Below are positions 1 to 9,415 of a DNA stretch of 64,000 nt, piece after piece (position 1 is the stretch's first letter; the number at the start of each line of letters is the position of its first letter). This DNA is from a virus (taxonomy: Duplodnaviria > Caudoviricetes): the IMG/VR virus record IMGVR_UViG_2930438282_000003, positions 46,358 through 110,357 of that record; one strand, given 5' to 3'. The notes beneath the pieces were generated by a model. It was not told the origin of the DNA. It searched no databases and worked only from the letters and a program-made list of their open reading frames with translations. The position numbers were made by a program, and so were the translations under genes.

Positions 1-2
1 AG

Positions 3-869
3 GAAGCTGTGAAACGGTTCGCGACCGGCCTGGAAGTCCCGGCGGAGATTCTCCTCGGCCTTGGCGACGTCAACCACTGGGGTTTGTGGGGGTTGACGGC
101 CGAAGCGATCCGTATGGGCATCGAGCCCAAGCTGGCCACCGTCTCGTACGCGCTCACCCAGCAGTGGCTGCGGCCTCTCCTGGAGGCGGAGAACGTCGAG
201 GACTGGCACCGCTGGCTCGTCTGGTACGACACCGCGGCCCTCCGCGTGCGCACCAACCGTGCCGAGACCGCCCTGCAGGCCTACGACCGGGGTGTCATCG
301 GTGCTGCCGCGCTGCGCCGGGAGACCGGCTTCGAGGAGTCCGACGCCCCCAGCGCAGAAGAGGAAGAGGCCCGCAACCAGCAGAACGACACCCGGGACCA
401 GGAGGAGCAGGACGGCCAGGAGCAGGCCCCGGAGAAGCCCACGCCGGACCTGCCGGTCGACGAGACCACCGACGAACCCGGCACCCTGCCCGCCTCCGCC
501 GGGGCCCGCACCACCCCGGGGCTGATCGCCGCGGCGGACGGCCTGATCTGGGCCGCCCTCTCCTCGGCCGGCGACAAGCTGCTGCGCACGCCGATCTGCC
601 CGCGCAGCGAACGCGCCCGGGCCCGCGAGATCCAGGCCGCCGCCCTGCACACCGAGCTGAAGGTCGAGCCCGGCCAGGTCGAGCAGTACCGGCTCCTGGA
701 AGGCGCCTGGACCCGCGTCCCCGAGATCGCGAAACGGTACGGCCTCGAAGCGTCCTGCCTGACGGCCGCGCTCGACGCGTACGCCCGCGAGTTGATCGCC
801 GCCGGGATCGAGCACTCCTATGAGGTGGTGCCCGCCGTCGTCACCTCATGCCTGGGCTTGGCCGCATGA
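3..869 (+). CDS. Phage portal protein, C-terminal part (5' truncated by window)
   Basis: Frame open from the window edge. LEVPAEILLG..NHWGLW and ALRRETGF segments resemble actinophage portals. Lies upstream of MuF and capsid genes. Confidence 0.75.
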   Translation, partial: EAVKRFATGLEVPAEILLGLGDVNHWGLWGLTAEAIRMGIEPKLATVSYALTQQWLRPLLEAENVEDWHRWLVWYDTAALRVRTNRAETALQAYDRGVIGAAALRRETGFEESDAPSAEEEEARNQQNDTRDQEEQDGQEQAPEKPTPDLPVDETTDEPGTLPASAGARTTPGLIAAADGLIWAALSSAGDKLLRTPICPRSERARAREIQAAALHTELKVEPGQVEQYRLLEGAWTRVPEIAKRYGLEASCLTAALDAYARELIAAGIEHSYEVVPAVVTSCLGLAA

Positions 870-888
870 GGCCGCAGGGAGAACCGGC

Positions 889-1083
889 ATGCAATCGGCC
901 CCACTCCGCGTCACCGTCGCCCCAGCCGACGTACGGGAGGACTGGTGCACGGTCTGCAAGGCGTACACCCGCCTCGTCGGCAGCCTCGCCCTCCTCACCC
1001 CGGCCGGCGTGTCCACCGTCGGCACGTGGGCGTGGTGCGAGATCTGCGATGACCCCGGCTACCGGGAGGCGACCCGTGGCTGA
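889..1083 (+). CDS. Small Zn-ribbon protein (CxxC...CxxC)
   Basis: ATG 889 after GGGAGA. CTVC and CEIC motifs. Overlaps the next gene start. Confidence 0.6.
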   Translation: MQSAPLRVTVAPADVREDWCTVCKAYTRLVGSLALLTPAGVSTVGTWAWCEICDDPGYREATRG

Positions 1084-1420
1084 CCCGCTCCTGTACCAAG
1101 CACCCCTCGGGCACTCCGTGTCCGCGCACCGCGTGCACGGCTGGTGCGCCATCGAACGCAGCCTCGACGAGGAACTCATCGCCTGGCGCACCCGCGAACG
1201 GTCCCGGTACGAGATCGCGAAGACCGTGTGCGCGGCCAGCCCCGCCATCGACACCACAGCCGAGTACGAGCGGCCCTGCCCGGCCTGCGGGCGGGAAGCC
1301 CTCACCGTCACCAGCGTGCGCGTGCAGCTCGACGACGCCCCCCGCCTGGCCGGCGGGTGGGCGCTGTGCCTCCACTGCAACGCCACCCCCCACCCCGTCA
1401 TGGAGGACCCCCGTGGCTGA
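1076..1420 (+). CDS. Small Zn-ribbon protein (CPAC...CLHC)
   Basis: GTG 1076 with GGGAGG RBS. Overlapping-gene chain with neighbours. C-terminal half resembles the preceding ORF. Confidence 0.6.
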   Translation: MADPLLYQAPLGHSVSAHRVHGWCAIERSLDEELIAWRTRERSRYEIAKTVCAASPAIDTTAEYERPCPACGREALTVTSVRVQLDDAPRLAGGWALCLHCNATPHPVMEDPRG

Positions 1421-4400
1421 CCCGCACCAGCTGTTGGAGCAGGCCGAGGAGACCGTCGCCGAAGAGGTCAGCGCCGTCCTGCAGGCGGTCGCCGACGAGT
1501 TCGCGGCGGCCCTGGAGAACGCCGACGAGATCGTGGCCGCCAGGTTCTCCGTCTCGCGGATCGCCCGCATGTTCACGGACCGCATGCCGCGCATCGTGCG
1601 CCGCCTCCTCCGCGTCTCCGAGCAGGCCGCCCAGCAGGCCGCCGACACGACCGAGGGTGAGTTGCCTCCGGAGTGGGAGGACCTGCCCGGCCGGTACGAC
1701 GACGGCCGCGACCTCCCCCCTGCCATGAGTGACTACGTCGACGTCACCGAGCACCTGCTGCGCGCCGTCGGCGACCGGCTGGCGGCCGTGGCCCGCGACG
1801 AGCTCGCCGCCGGTGTCGACGCAGGGGAGACCATCGAGCAGCTGAGGGCCCGCCTCCGCGAGGCGTTCGCCCGCGAGGGCGCCCAGCTCGGCGACATGCG
1901 TGAAGAGCGCATCGCCCGCACAGAAGCCGGCCGGGCCTGGAACACCGCCACGCTGGGCGCGGCCCGCGACGCCACCGGCACCCTGGCGCCGATCGTGAAG
2001 CAGTGGCTGTCCCGCCGCGACGACCGTGTACGCCACGATCATGCCGGGGCCAACGGGCAGATCCAGCTCCTCGACGACCCGTTCACCGTCGGCGGGATCG
2101 AGATGGACGCCCCGCACGACCCGACCGCACCGGCCTCCCAAGTCGTGAACTGCCGGTGCATCCTGGCCGTACATCCCGAAACCAGCGCATCTGCCTACGA
2201 ATCGCAAGCGCTAAAGTGCTCTGAAGGCTTCGAATCGCAGGAAACCCAGACCGCCGCTGCGGACGATGACCATCTGCAGGGCGCCATGGTCGCCCTCATG
2301 CCCAGCACTGAGGACGCCGCCCGCCTGGCCCTCGAAGGCGGCGAAGCGGCCGAAGAGCTGCACTGCACGATGTTCTTCCTCGGCGACGACGCCTCCCAGT
2401 GGAGCACCGGCGAGCGCACCGAGTTCATCCGCGCCCTGGAAGCGGCCGTCTCCGACCTTGGCGGGCCCGTCCTGGCCAAGGCCACCGGCACCGCCCATTG
2501 GAACACCGACAGCGACAAGCCGTCCTGGGTGTGGACTATCAGCGACCAGGCCGAGGACGGCCCCACCCTCGGCGACGCCCGAGCGGCCGTCACCGTCGCC
2601 CTGGAAGACACCCACCACCCCGAGCTGCCCCGCCAGCACTCGCCCTGGACCGCGCATACCTGCGGGGTCTACACGGCCGAAGCCTGGCCGTACGAGCCCA
2701 TGACCGAACGCGTCGGCCCGGTCACCTTCGACCGGCTGCGCGTCGCGTTCGGAGACGAGCACACGGACATCCCCCTCGGCCCCCAGCAGGAGGAAGAAGC
2801 CATGCCCGAAGCCGTACAGGCCGCCGCGGCCCTGTCGGTCCGCACCTGGTCCACGCCCGACGACACGGCGATCGCCTTCGAAGATCAGCAGACCGGTGAC
2901 GGCCGGATCTTCAAGTCCGGCGCCCTGAAGTGGGACCGCCGCCCGATGCCGCTGCAGTACGCCGACGAGATGCTGATGGGCCACGAGGGCGCCGAACTCG
3001 CCGGGGCCATCAAGACGGTGAAGCGGGACGGCAACCGCATCACCGCCTCCGGGGTGCTGTACGCGACCCGTTCGGCCGGGGCGGACGCCATCCAGCTCCT
3101 CGACGAGGACGCGCCCCTCGGCATCAGCGTCGACCTGGACGACGTGGACATCGAGTTCGTCGACAACACTCTCAGCCCGGAAGACGCCGACTGGCTGTTC
3201 GCGTCGGCCCGGCTCCCGCAGGCGAGCGTGCTGCGCCTCGACGACGGCTCCGTCATGCTGTCGGGTACGACCCGCGCCGAATGGACCGCATCCGAGGGGG
3301 CGTTCTCCCGGTCCCGCTACGACCTCCAGCTCATCACCGGCCCGGGCGGCGCCCTCAACGCGTCAGGCATCCAGAACGCGTTCGCCGGTATCGGTGTCCT
3401 CGCCGCGGCCGCCGGCGACGCCGACGACCCCGAGCAGGGCCTCGTCGTCTACTCGCAGAAGTCCGGCGAGTTCGTCATGCGGATCACCCGCGCCCGCCTG
3501 CGCGGCGCCACCCTCGTGGCCATGCCCGCCTTCAAGGACGCCCGGATCGTCCTCGACCCGGCCGAGGAGACCGCCGCGGTGGTGCCGCTCGTCACCGCGA
3601 CAGGCGACACCCGGGACCGCGTGGTCACCTACGTGTGCACGTCCCCGGCCGCCGTCGGCGCCCGCGACGTCTCCAAGGCCCTCGGCATGGCCATGAGCAC
3701 CGCCCGAGGACACCTCAACGCCGCAGCGAAGAGCGGCCGGATCATCCGGCTCGTCCCCGGCCTGTTCTGCGGCCCCTCCTCGATGCCCGAAGGTGAAGCC
3801 GCGGCGCCTGACGACGACCTGGAGGCCTCCGCGTGGACGGCGATGGAGGACGCGCCGCCCATGCCCGCCGCCTGGTTCCAGGAGCCCACCATGGAGGAGC
3901 TGCCGCCCGGCTCCGGGGGCGTCCACTACAAGGACGGCCGCGTATACGGCTGGGTCGCCCAGGCCGGGGATCCGCACGCCGGGTATCCCGGGAAGAACCT
4001 CACGATCGAAAGCCTCGGCGGGATCGACCTCACGCACTTCCTGCGCGCCCGGTTCCTCCTCGACGACGGCGCCTACGTGAAGGCGGGGGCGATGACGATG
4101 AACGTCGGCCACCACCGCGACGGCGCCGAATGCGAGACCGCCAGCTGCCAGTTCGACGACACCCGCACCGTCGCCGCGATCGTCACCGTCGGCATGAACG
4201 AGCGCGGCCTGTGGTTCTCCGGCGCGGCCGGCCCGTGGCTGTCCGACTGGGACCGCCGAGTGTTCTCCGCCTGCCAGCCCAGCTACCACATGAAGCAGGG
4301 CCGTGACGGGTGCTGGCAGCTCCGCGCCGTCCTCTCCGTGCCGGTGCCCGGGCACTCGTCGCCGCTCCTCGCCACCGCGGTCGCCGAACGCGCGAACCTC

Positions 4401-4703
4401 GCCCTGGCCGCGTCCGCAGCGTTCTCGGACACCATCCCCGGACAACGCCAGGACACTGCCCCGACGGTCCCCGCGAGCTCCGCCGAGGGCACCCCTGACC
4501 TGCCCGGACAGCGCCCGGACAGCGTGTCCGGACAGGTACCGGACATCGACGTGGACCGGCTGATCGCCGCCCTGACCGACGGGCCGTTCGTCGACCGGCT
4601 CGCCACGGCCATCGAGCGCCGAGAAGCAGAACGCCGCGACGAACTCGAAGCCATGGCCGCACTCGTGGCCGCCGACACCACCACGCAGAACGGAGCGAAC
4701 TGA
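1413..4703 (+). CDS. Minor head (MuF-like) / 2H phosphoesterase / prohead protease fusion
   Basis: MuF motifs RIARTE, KQWLS..DDRVRHDH, VNCRC. 2H-like LHCT and AHTC. TGDGRIF..GALKW..PMPL protease-like segment. Internal wHTH-like segment. Confidence 0.75.
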   Translation: MADPHQLLEQAEETVAEEVSAVLQAVADEFAAALENADEIVAARFSVSRIARMFTDRMPRIVRRLLRVSEQAAQQAADTTEGELPPEWEDLPGRYDDGRDLPPAMSDYVDVTEHLLRAVGDRLAAVARDELAAGVDAGETIEQLRARLREAFAREGAQLGDMREERIARTEAGRAWNTATLGAARDATGTLAPIVKQWLSRRDDRVRHDHAGANGQIQLLDDPFTVGGIEMDAPHDPTAPASQVVNCRCILAVHPETSASAYESQALKCSEGFESQETQTAAADDDHLQGAMVALMPSTEDAARLALEGGEAAEELHCTMFFLGDDASQWSTGERTEFIRALEAAVSDLGGPVLAKATGTAHWNTDSDKPSWVWTISDQAEDGPTLGDARAAVTVALEDTHHPELPRQHSPWTAHTCGVYTAEAWPYEPMTERVGPVTFDRLRVAFGDEHTDIPLGPQQEEEAMPEAVQAAAALSVRTWSTPDDTAIAFEDQQTGDGRIFKSGALKWDRRPMPLQYADEMLMGHEGAELAGAIKTVKRDGNRITASGVLYATRSAGADAIQLLDEDAPLGISVDLDDVDIEFVDNTLSPEDADWLFASARLPQASVLRLDDGSVMLSGTTRAEWTASEGAFSRSRYDLQLITGPGGALNASGIQNAFAGIGVLAAAAGDADDPEQGLVVYSQKSGEFVMRITRARLRGATLVAMPAFKDARIVLDPAEETAAVVPLVTATGDTRDRVVTYVCTSPAAVGARDVSKALGMAMSTARGHLNAAAKSGRIIRLVPGLFCGPSSMPEGEAAAPDDDLEASAWTAMEDAPPMPAAWFQEPTMEELPPGSGGVHYKDGRVYGWVAQAGDPHAGYPGKNLTIESLGGIDLTHFLRARFLLDDGAYVKAGAMTMNVGHHRDGAECETASCQFDDTRTVAAIVTVGMNERGLWFSGAAGPWLSDWDRRVFSACQPSYHMKQGRDGCWQLRAVLSVPVPGHSSPLLATAVAERANLALAASAAFSDTIPGQRQDTAPTVPASSAEGTPDLPGQRPDSVSGQVPDIDVDRLIAALTDGPFVDRLATAIERREAERRDELEAMAALVAADTTTQNGAN
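4427..4545 (+). repeat. Helically phased GGACA repeats inside the CDS
   Basis: GGACA at 4427, 4440, 4451, 4506, 4517, 4530, 4541 (spacings 13, 11, 55, 11, 13, 11). Confidence 0.5.
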
Positions 4704-4704
4704 C

Positions 4705-4920
4705 ATGGGATGCAACTGCGGGAGCAAGAACCGCCAGACGTTCGAGGTCGTCACCAACGGCGGGAGTGGACGAGTCGTCTTCTCCTCCGCCAGCAAGCCC
4801 ACCGCCGCCACCGTGTCCGGCCGGTACGCGGGCAGTGTCGTCCGTGACAAGGAGACCGGCGACATCGTGCACACCAACGGCGACGCGAAGACCGTTCAAG
4901 ACACTCCAGCCGACGCGTAG
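4705..4920 (+). CDS. Small phage protein (MGCNCG N-terminus)
   Basis: Coupled to the upstream stop, GGAG RBS. Similar small genes precede capsid genes in actinophages. Confidence 0.7.
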   Translation: MGCNCGSKNRQTFEVVTNGGSGRVVFSSASKPTAATVSGRYAGSVVRDKETGDIVHTNGDAKTVQDTPADA

Positions 4921-4942
4921 CGCGCATACGCGAAACGGTGGA

Positions 4943-4986
4943 CGCTCACCCCCTGAAGCTGATGTCCTAGCTTCAGGGGGTGAGCG
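4943..4986. terminator. Perfect 18-bp inverted repeat (terminator-like)
   Basis: CGCTCACCCCCTGAAGCT / AGCTTCAGGGGGTGAGCG with an 8-nt loop, directly after the head operon. Confidence 0.75.
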
Positions 4987-5496
4987 ATGTCAGACAGCTC
5001 CGAGAGCAGCCGCGATGCGAGGCCGCAGCAGCCCAGTCGCGTGCCGCGAAGCCGTGACGTGGCACCACGACCCGTGCCAGAGGACTTAAACACCGTCGCA
5101 GTGGCGCACCGCATGCCCACGGAAGCCATGCTCGCTGGTGCGCTCACTGCATACGTCGCAACGCCCCTGCTACAGGCATTCATCTCGCACTTGGGATCGG
5201 ACTCATACCAGACATTTCGCGGTTGGATGAGTTCCCTTTCGAAACGACTACGGCGACAGCCGCGCGAGCTTCAGGGAACTTGGCAGATCACGGTCTTCCT
5301 GGCCCGTAATCAGTACCGGGTCGAACTTCCCGGCGACTTGCCAGAGATCGCACACCAGGGACTGGTACGCGACTTTGAACGACTGATGGCAGAGAGCGAC
5401 GAGCAGTTCCCGTTGCGCATCGTCTGGAATACGGCCAAGCAGGAGTGGGTCAAGAAGCCCGAACCAGGTCCTCGACGACGTCCCGCCGGCCAATGA
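4987..5496 (+). CDS. Hypothetical cargo protein (lower GC, contains a TTA codon)
   Basis: 169-aa ORF with atypical codon usage. GAC TTA AAC near 5085. Confidence 0.55.
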   Translation: MSDSSESSRDARPQQPSRVPRSRDVAPRPVPEDLNTVAVAHRMPTEAMLAGALTAYVATPLLQAFISHLGSDSYQTFRGWMSSLSKRLRRQPRELQGTWQITVFLARNQYRVELPGDLPEIAHQGLVRDFERLMAESDEQFPLRIVWNTAKQEWVKKPEPGPRRRPAGQ

Positions 5497-5622
5497 AGAC
5501 ACGAAGTACATCAAGGGCCGGCAGCCGACCTGTGGCGCTCATCCCCCGAAACGGTGGACGCGCAGTAGCGGTGCCGCCCCTGGGACACGATGCTGCATCC
5601 CAGAGGCGACTACGCGCTGCCG

Positions 5623-5889
5623 CTACTTGTCGAGCCTGACGGGATCCTCCTCGTCCTGGGCCACCGCCGGGGTCCGGCGGAACACAGTGGCGAGGATGCC
5701 GATCGCGGCACTGCTCACGGTGGCGACTGCAGTCGCCGCGTCCGGCGTAACGGCGCCGGTCACGACGCTGACGCCCAGGGTGAGAGCCGCCGCCGCGACG
5801 CTCCCGGCGATGAGCCGATTGCGCTTTCGGAGCGTGAGGCTCGTCTCGTTCGTCTTGCGCTCAGTACGTCCAGCACTACGGTGGTGCAC
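5623..5889 (-). CDS. Small two-TM membrane protein (cargo)
   Basis: Two hydrophobic stretches. GAAAGG RBS upstream on the - strand. Confidence 0.5.
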   Translation of the reverse strand: MHHRSAGRTERKTNETSLTLRKRNRLIAGSVAAAALTLGVSVVTGAVTPDAATAVATVSSAAIGILATVFRRTPAVAQDEEDPVRLDK

Positions 5890-5925
5890 GGGTAGAGACC
5901 TTTCTGGTCCTCACGCATATGCCCG

Positions 5926-5953
5926 GCGGCCCCCTGTTCCAGCAGGGGGCCGC
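5926..5953. terminator. 11-bp inverted repeat
   Basis: GCGGCCCCCTG-ttccag-CAGGGGGCCGC. Confidence 0.5.
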
Positions 5954-6330
5954 AGCCATGCCGGGGCGCGGCTGCGGCCAAAGGCCTGTAGGAGCACCCC
6001 TGTTGGGTGCCACGAGAATTGCCTCACCCCGGTGACCGCAAAAGCAACAAACGTGGCCTCGGTCACAGTTGTTCAATCGACCGCTCCATTACCCGCGTCC
6101 GGGGGCTTACCGGCGTACGCTCACGACCTTTTCACGGCCTCCGACGTGCAGCGATGCGCGGCGACTTCGCCTACGCCATCACGAGATCGATGGCCAACAA
6201 ACCTACTTTCGACAGGTGTGCGACTGTGGGCCATGTCACGGCATCGGGGCGCGGAATAGCGCCCTCCGCCAACCCTCTTTTCCGCACTCCAACCGAAAGG
6301 ACGGGGGGACCACAACCGACACGGTGAGGC

Positions 6331-6370
6331 TAAGATCCTCGCTAGACGACTGCTGGTTATGGGCCGGGTC
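6331..6370 (+). promoter_or_regulatory. Late element 1: -10 TAAGAT + hairpin gact-GCTGGTTATGGGCCG-ggtc
   Basis: Repeated motif (core at 6352) upstream of the major capsid gene. Confidence 0.8.
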
Positions 6371-6399
6371 TTCCAGATCGATCGCTGGAGAACCTGCCC

Positions 6400-8055
6400 A
6401 TGGACGACTTCCAGATTCCCGAGGACATCCGCGCTCTCGACGACGCCCAACTCGCTGAGGCGCTCGCCGGCGCCACCCAGGCCTTCCAGGCCCTGTCGTC
6501 CCAGACCCGCATCGACGACTCGACGATGGGGCAGCTGCGTGCCCTGTCGACGTGCGTTCAGGACATCCGGCAGGAGCAGTCCGACCGTATCTCCGCCGCC
6601 GAGGCCGCCGCCGACGAGATCGAGCAGCTCGCCGCGCAGGTCCGTGGAGACGACCCGGCTGCCCACGTCGAGGAGACCCCGGCCGAGCCGACCACCGCCG
6701 CAGCCGAACCCGCGGCCGAGCCCGGCCCGGCCGCTTCCGAGCCGGCCAACGAGCCGCAGGCCACCGCGACCGCCTCCCTTGCCCGCCCCTCCCTCGACCT
6801 GTCCCTGGTGAGGCGCCGTCAGACACGCGTCCTCCCGGAGCCGCCCGCCCCGGGCACCGTCATCACCGCCGCCGTCGACGTCCCCGGCTACACGCCAGGC
6901 GCCGAACTCGACTTCAACCAGGTCACCGCGGGCGTCATCTCCCGCGCGAACGCCCTGAAGACCGCCGGTGGTGGCCTTGGACAGGTCATCAGCTACCACC
7001 ACCCGTACCCGGAGGAGCTGATCGTCACGGACTCCTCGTCGGCGCCCGAGGGCACCGAGGTGGCGCTCCGCGCGGCCGACCAGTCTCGCCTCCCCGAGAA
7101 GGACCTCGTGGCGTCCGGAGGCTGGTGCGCGCCGTCAGAGACCGTGTACGAGCTGACGTCGGTCGCCTGTCCCGACATGCTGTGGGACGCGCCGGAAATC
7201 CAGCTCGCCCGTGGCGGCCTGCGGTACTACAAGACGCCGTCGCTGGACGTCGCGGCGATGACGTTCGTGCACACCGAGGCCGACGACATCTCCGGTGCGA
7301 CGAAGCCGTGCTTCAAGATCCCGTGCCCGGACCCGGTGGAGATGCGCTGTGACGCGGTCGGTGTCTGCCTGGAGGCGGGCATCCTGACTCAGCGCCACTT
7401 CCCGGAGCTGGTCAACTGGTACCTGCGGAACGCGATGGTGGCGCACGAGATCCGCCTCCGCTCGGTCCTATTCTCGCAGGCCCTGGCCACCGCCACCCCC
7501 GTCACCCTCACGGAGACGTTCGGCGCGATCTCGGCGATCTTCGCGGCCGTCGCCCTACAGGCCGCCGACATGGTCGAGCGCCACTCGTTCTGTGACTCGA
7601 TCTCCCTGGAGGTCGTGTTCCCGTGGTGGTCGCGGAACCTGTTCCTCGCCGACCTGGCGCGCCGTAACGGCGTCAGCATCGACGAGGTCACCACCGCCGA
7701 CGTGCAGAGCGTATTCCGGCCGCTCGGGGTCCGCATCCAGTGGGCGCGGAACCTGATCGCCCCGAACGTCACCGGCGCGACGATGGGCCAGACCGCCCCG
7801 GCGACGGCCTGGCCTGCCGAGATCAAGTTCCTGATCTACCCGTCCGGCCAGCTGCAGATCGGCCGTGGCGAAGAGGTCAACCTCGGCGTCATCCACGACT
7901 CGACGAAGTTCTCCACCAATGACTACACCGCGCTGTTCTCGGAGGAGTGTGTCGGTCTCGTGGACCGCTCCGTCGACACCCGCGTCGTCACCGTTCCCGT
8001 CTGCCCGTCCGGTGAGACCGGCGCGCAGACCCTGATGGCCTGCCCCGCAGCCTGA
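6400..8055 (+). CDS. Major capsid protein with N-terminal scaffold-like domain
   Basis: Coiled-coil, Ala/Pro-rich N-terminus. LVASGGWCAPSETVY motif recalled from actinophage siphovirus capsids. Followed by a hairpin terminator. Confidence 0.85.
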   Translation: MDDFQIPEDIRALDDAQLAEALAGATQAFQALSSQTRIDDSTMGQLRALSTCVQDIRQEQSDRISAAEAAADEIEQLAAQVRGDDPAAHVEETPAEPTTAAAEPAAEPGPAASEPANEPQATATASLARPSLDLSLVRRRQTRVLPEPPAPGTVITAAVDVPGYTPGAELDFNQVTAGVISRANALKTAGGGLGQVISYHHPYPEELIVTDSSSAPEGTEVALRAADQSRLPEKDLVASGGWCAPSETVYELTSVACPDMLWDAPEIQLARGGLRYYKTPSLDVAAMTFVHTEADDISGATKPCFKIPCPDPVEMRCDAVGVCLEAGILTQRHFPELVNWYLRNAMVAHEIRLRSVLFSQALATATPVTLTETFGAISAIFAAVALQAADMVERHSFCDSISLEVVFPWWSRNLFLADLARRNGVSIDEVTTADVQSVFRPLGVRIQWARNLIAPNVTGATMGQTAPATAWPAEIKFLIYPSGQLQIGRGEEVNLGVIHDSTKFSTNDYTALFSEECVGLVDRSVDTRVVTVPVCPSGETGAQTLMACPAA

Positions 8056-8074
8056 CCCCTCGCCCGCCCCATCA

Positions 8075-8109
8075 CGTGCCGGGCCCGTTCCTGACGCGGG
8101 CCCGGCACG
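8075..8109 (+). terminator. Hairpin after the capsid gene
   Basis: CGTGCCGGGCCCG / CGGGCCCGGCACG 13-bp stem. Confidence 0.7.
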
Positions 8110-8137
8110 CCCCGATTTGAAGAGACGGAGGCGCGCA

Positions 8138-8980
8138 ATGGCTGCCGGCCTGCGGAAGTACGTCGAGGCCATCCCCGGCAGGCCTCTGCCGCACGGGATC
8201 CTCCTCAACACCTGTACTGACGTCCGTGACGTCACCGACGAACACGAGCTGCTCGGCATCGAATGGCTCGGCTTGGGCTGCTGCCCGGTCAACGTGTGGC
8301 GCGACCCGTGCACCGACGAGTCCCTCGGGGGCGAATCGCCGGGCCAGCCGCCGCAGAAGGAGTTCTGCAGGCCGACCGCTGAGCACGCCGACCCGATCAC
8401 GGTGTACGCGGGCGCCGAGTGCTCCACGATGGGCTGGACGTACGCGGAGGCCCGCACCCACGCCGAGGCGTCGTTGGAGCTCGGCGAGCAGGAAGCCGTC
8501 GAGGCCGGGTTCTGGACGAACACGTTGGCCATGACCGCGCAGGACCTCACCCCTGCGGCCGGGCCGGTGAACATCGCCCAGGGCGTGGCCGCGCTGGAGG
8601 GCTGCCTGGCCGAGCAGTACGGCGGCGTCGGCACACTCCACGTCCCGGCCGGCGCTGCCGCGGTGCTGGGCTGCTGCAACCTCGTCCACCGCGACGGGAA
8701 CGGCTCGTTGAGCACGCTCGCGGGGAACTGCGCGGTGATCGGCGCCGGATACAGCGCCATGAACACCGGCCCCGGGAACATCCCGGCCGATCCGGGCACG
8801 GCGTGGCTGTACATCACCGGGCCGGTCGTCGTGCGGCGCGGTCCGACCGTGACGATCCCGGACCGGCCGGGAGCGTCGGTGAACATCCGCACGAACGACC
8901 TCAGGGTTCTGGTCGAGCGGTCGTACGTCGTGGCCACGACCTGTGTGGTCTGCGCGATCCAGGTGGTGACTTGTCCATGA
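8138..8980 (+). CDS. Cys-rich virion protein (minor capsid/decoration candidate)
   Basis: ATG 8138 after GGAGG. Directly follows the capsid gene. High GC3. Confidence 0.7.
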   Translation: MAAGLRKYVEAIPGRPLPHGILLNTCTDVRDVTDEHELLGIEWLGLGCCPVNVWRDPCTDESLGGESPGQPPQKEFCRPTAEHADPITVYAGAECSTMGWTYAEARTHAEASLELGEQEAVEAGFWTNTLAMTAQDLTPAAGPVNIAQGVAALEGCLAEQYGGVGTLHVPAGAAAVLGCCNLVHRDGNGSLSTLAGNCAVIGAGYSAMNTGPGNIPADPGTAWLYITGPVVVRRGPTVTIPDRPGASVNIRTNDLRVLVERSYVVATTCVVCAIQVVTCP

Positions 8981-9411
8981 CAGATCTGATTCGTGTGCGG
9001 CCGATCCGGGCCCGCCTCGTCGACTTCGCCCGCTGGGCCGTCGCCCAGACCCCCAAGGTGCGCACCGTGTCGACGAACACTTTCGCCGTCCCACTGCACC
9101 TGTTCACCCACATGCCCGAGACGCTGCTGATCGACTCCATCGTCGACGGCCACCGCTACATCAGCCCCGACGAAGACCAGGAGTCCGCCCAGCCGGAACC
9201 GGCGACGATCCCCGGCCCGGACTCCACGCCGCTGCCACCGCCGGACTTCGCGCCCCTCGAGGACGCCCCCACCGACTACGGCGGCAGCGACCCGGACGAC
9301 GAGCTGGCCGAGGAGTCCGGCGGTCGGTACGCGTGCGGCGACTGCCCGCGCGACTTCTCCACGAAGCGGGGGCGGGACCTGCACCGCCGCCAGGCACACC
9401 GGGAGGATTGA
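8977..9411 (+). CDS. Hypothetical protein with C-terminal C2H2-like zinc finger
   Basis: ATGA overlap. CGDCPRDFSTKRGRDLHRRQAH. Confidence 0.7.
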   Translation: MTDLIRVRPIRARLVDFARWAVAQTPKVRTVSTNTFAVPLHLFTHMPETLLIDSIVDGHRYISPDEDQESAQPEPATIPGPDSTPLPPPDFAPLEDAPTDYGGSDPDDELAEESGGRYACGDCPRDFSTKRGRDLHRRQAHRED

Positions 9412-9415
9412 CGCC

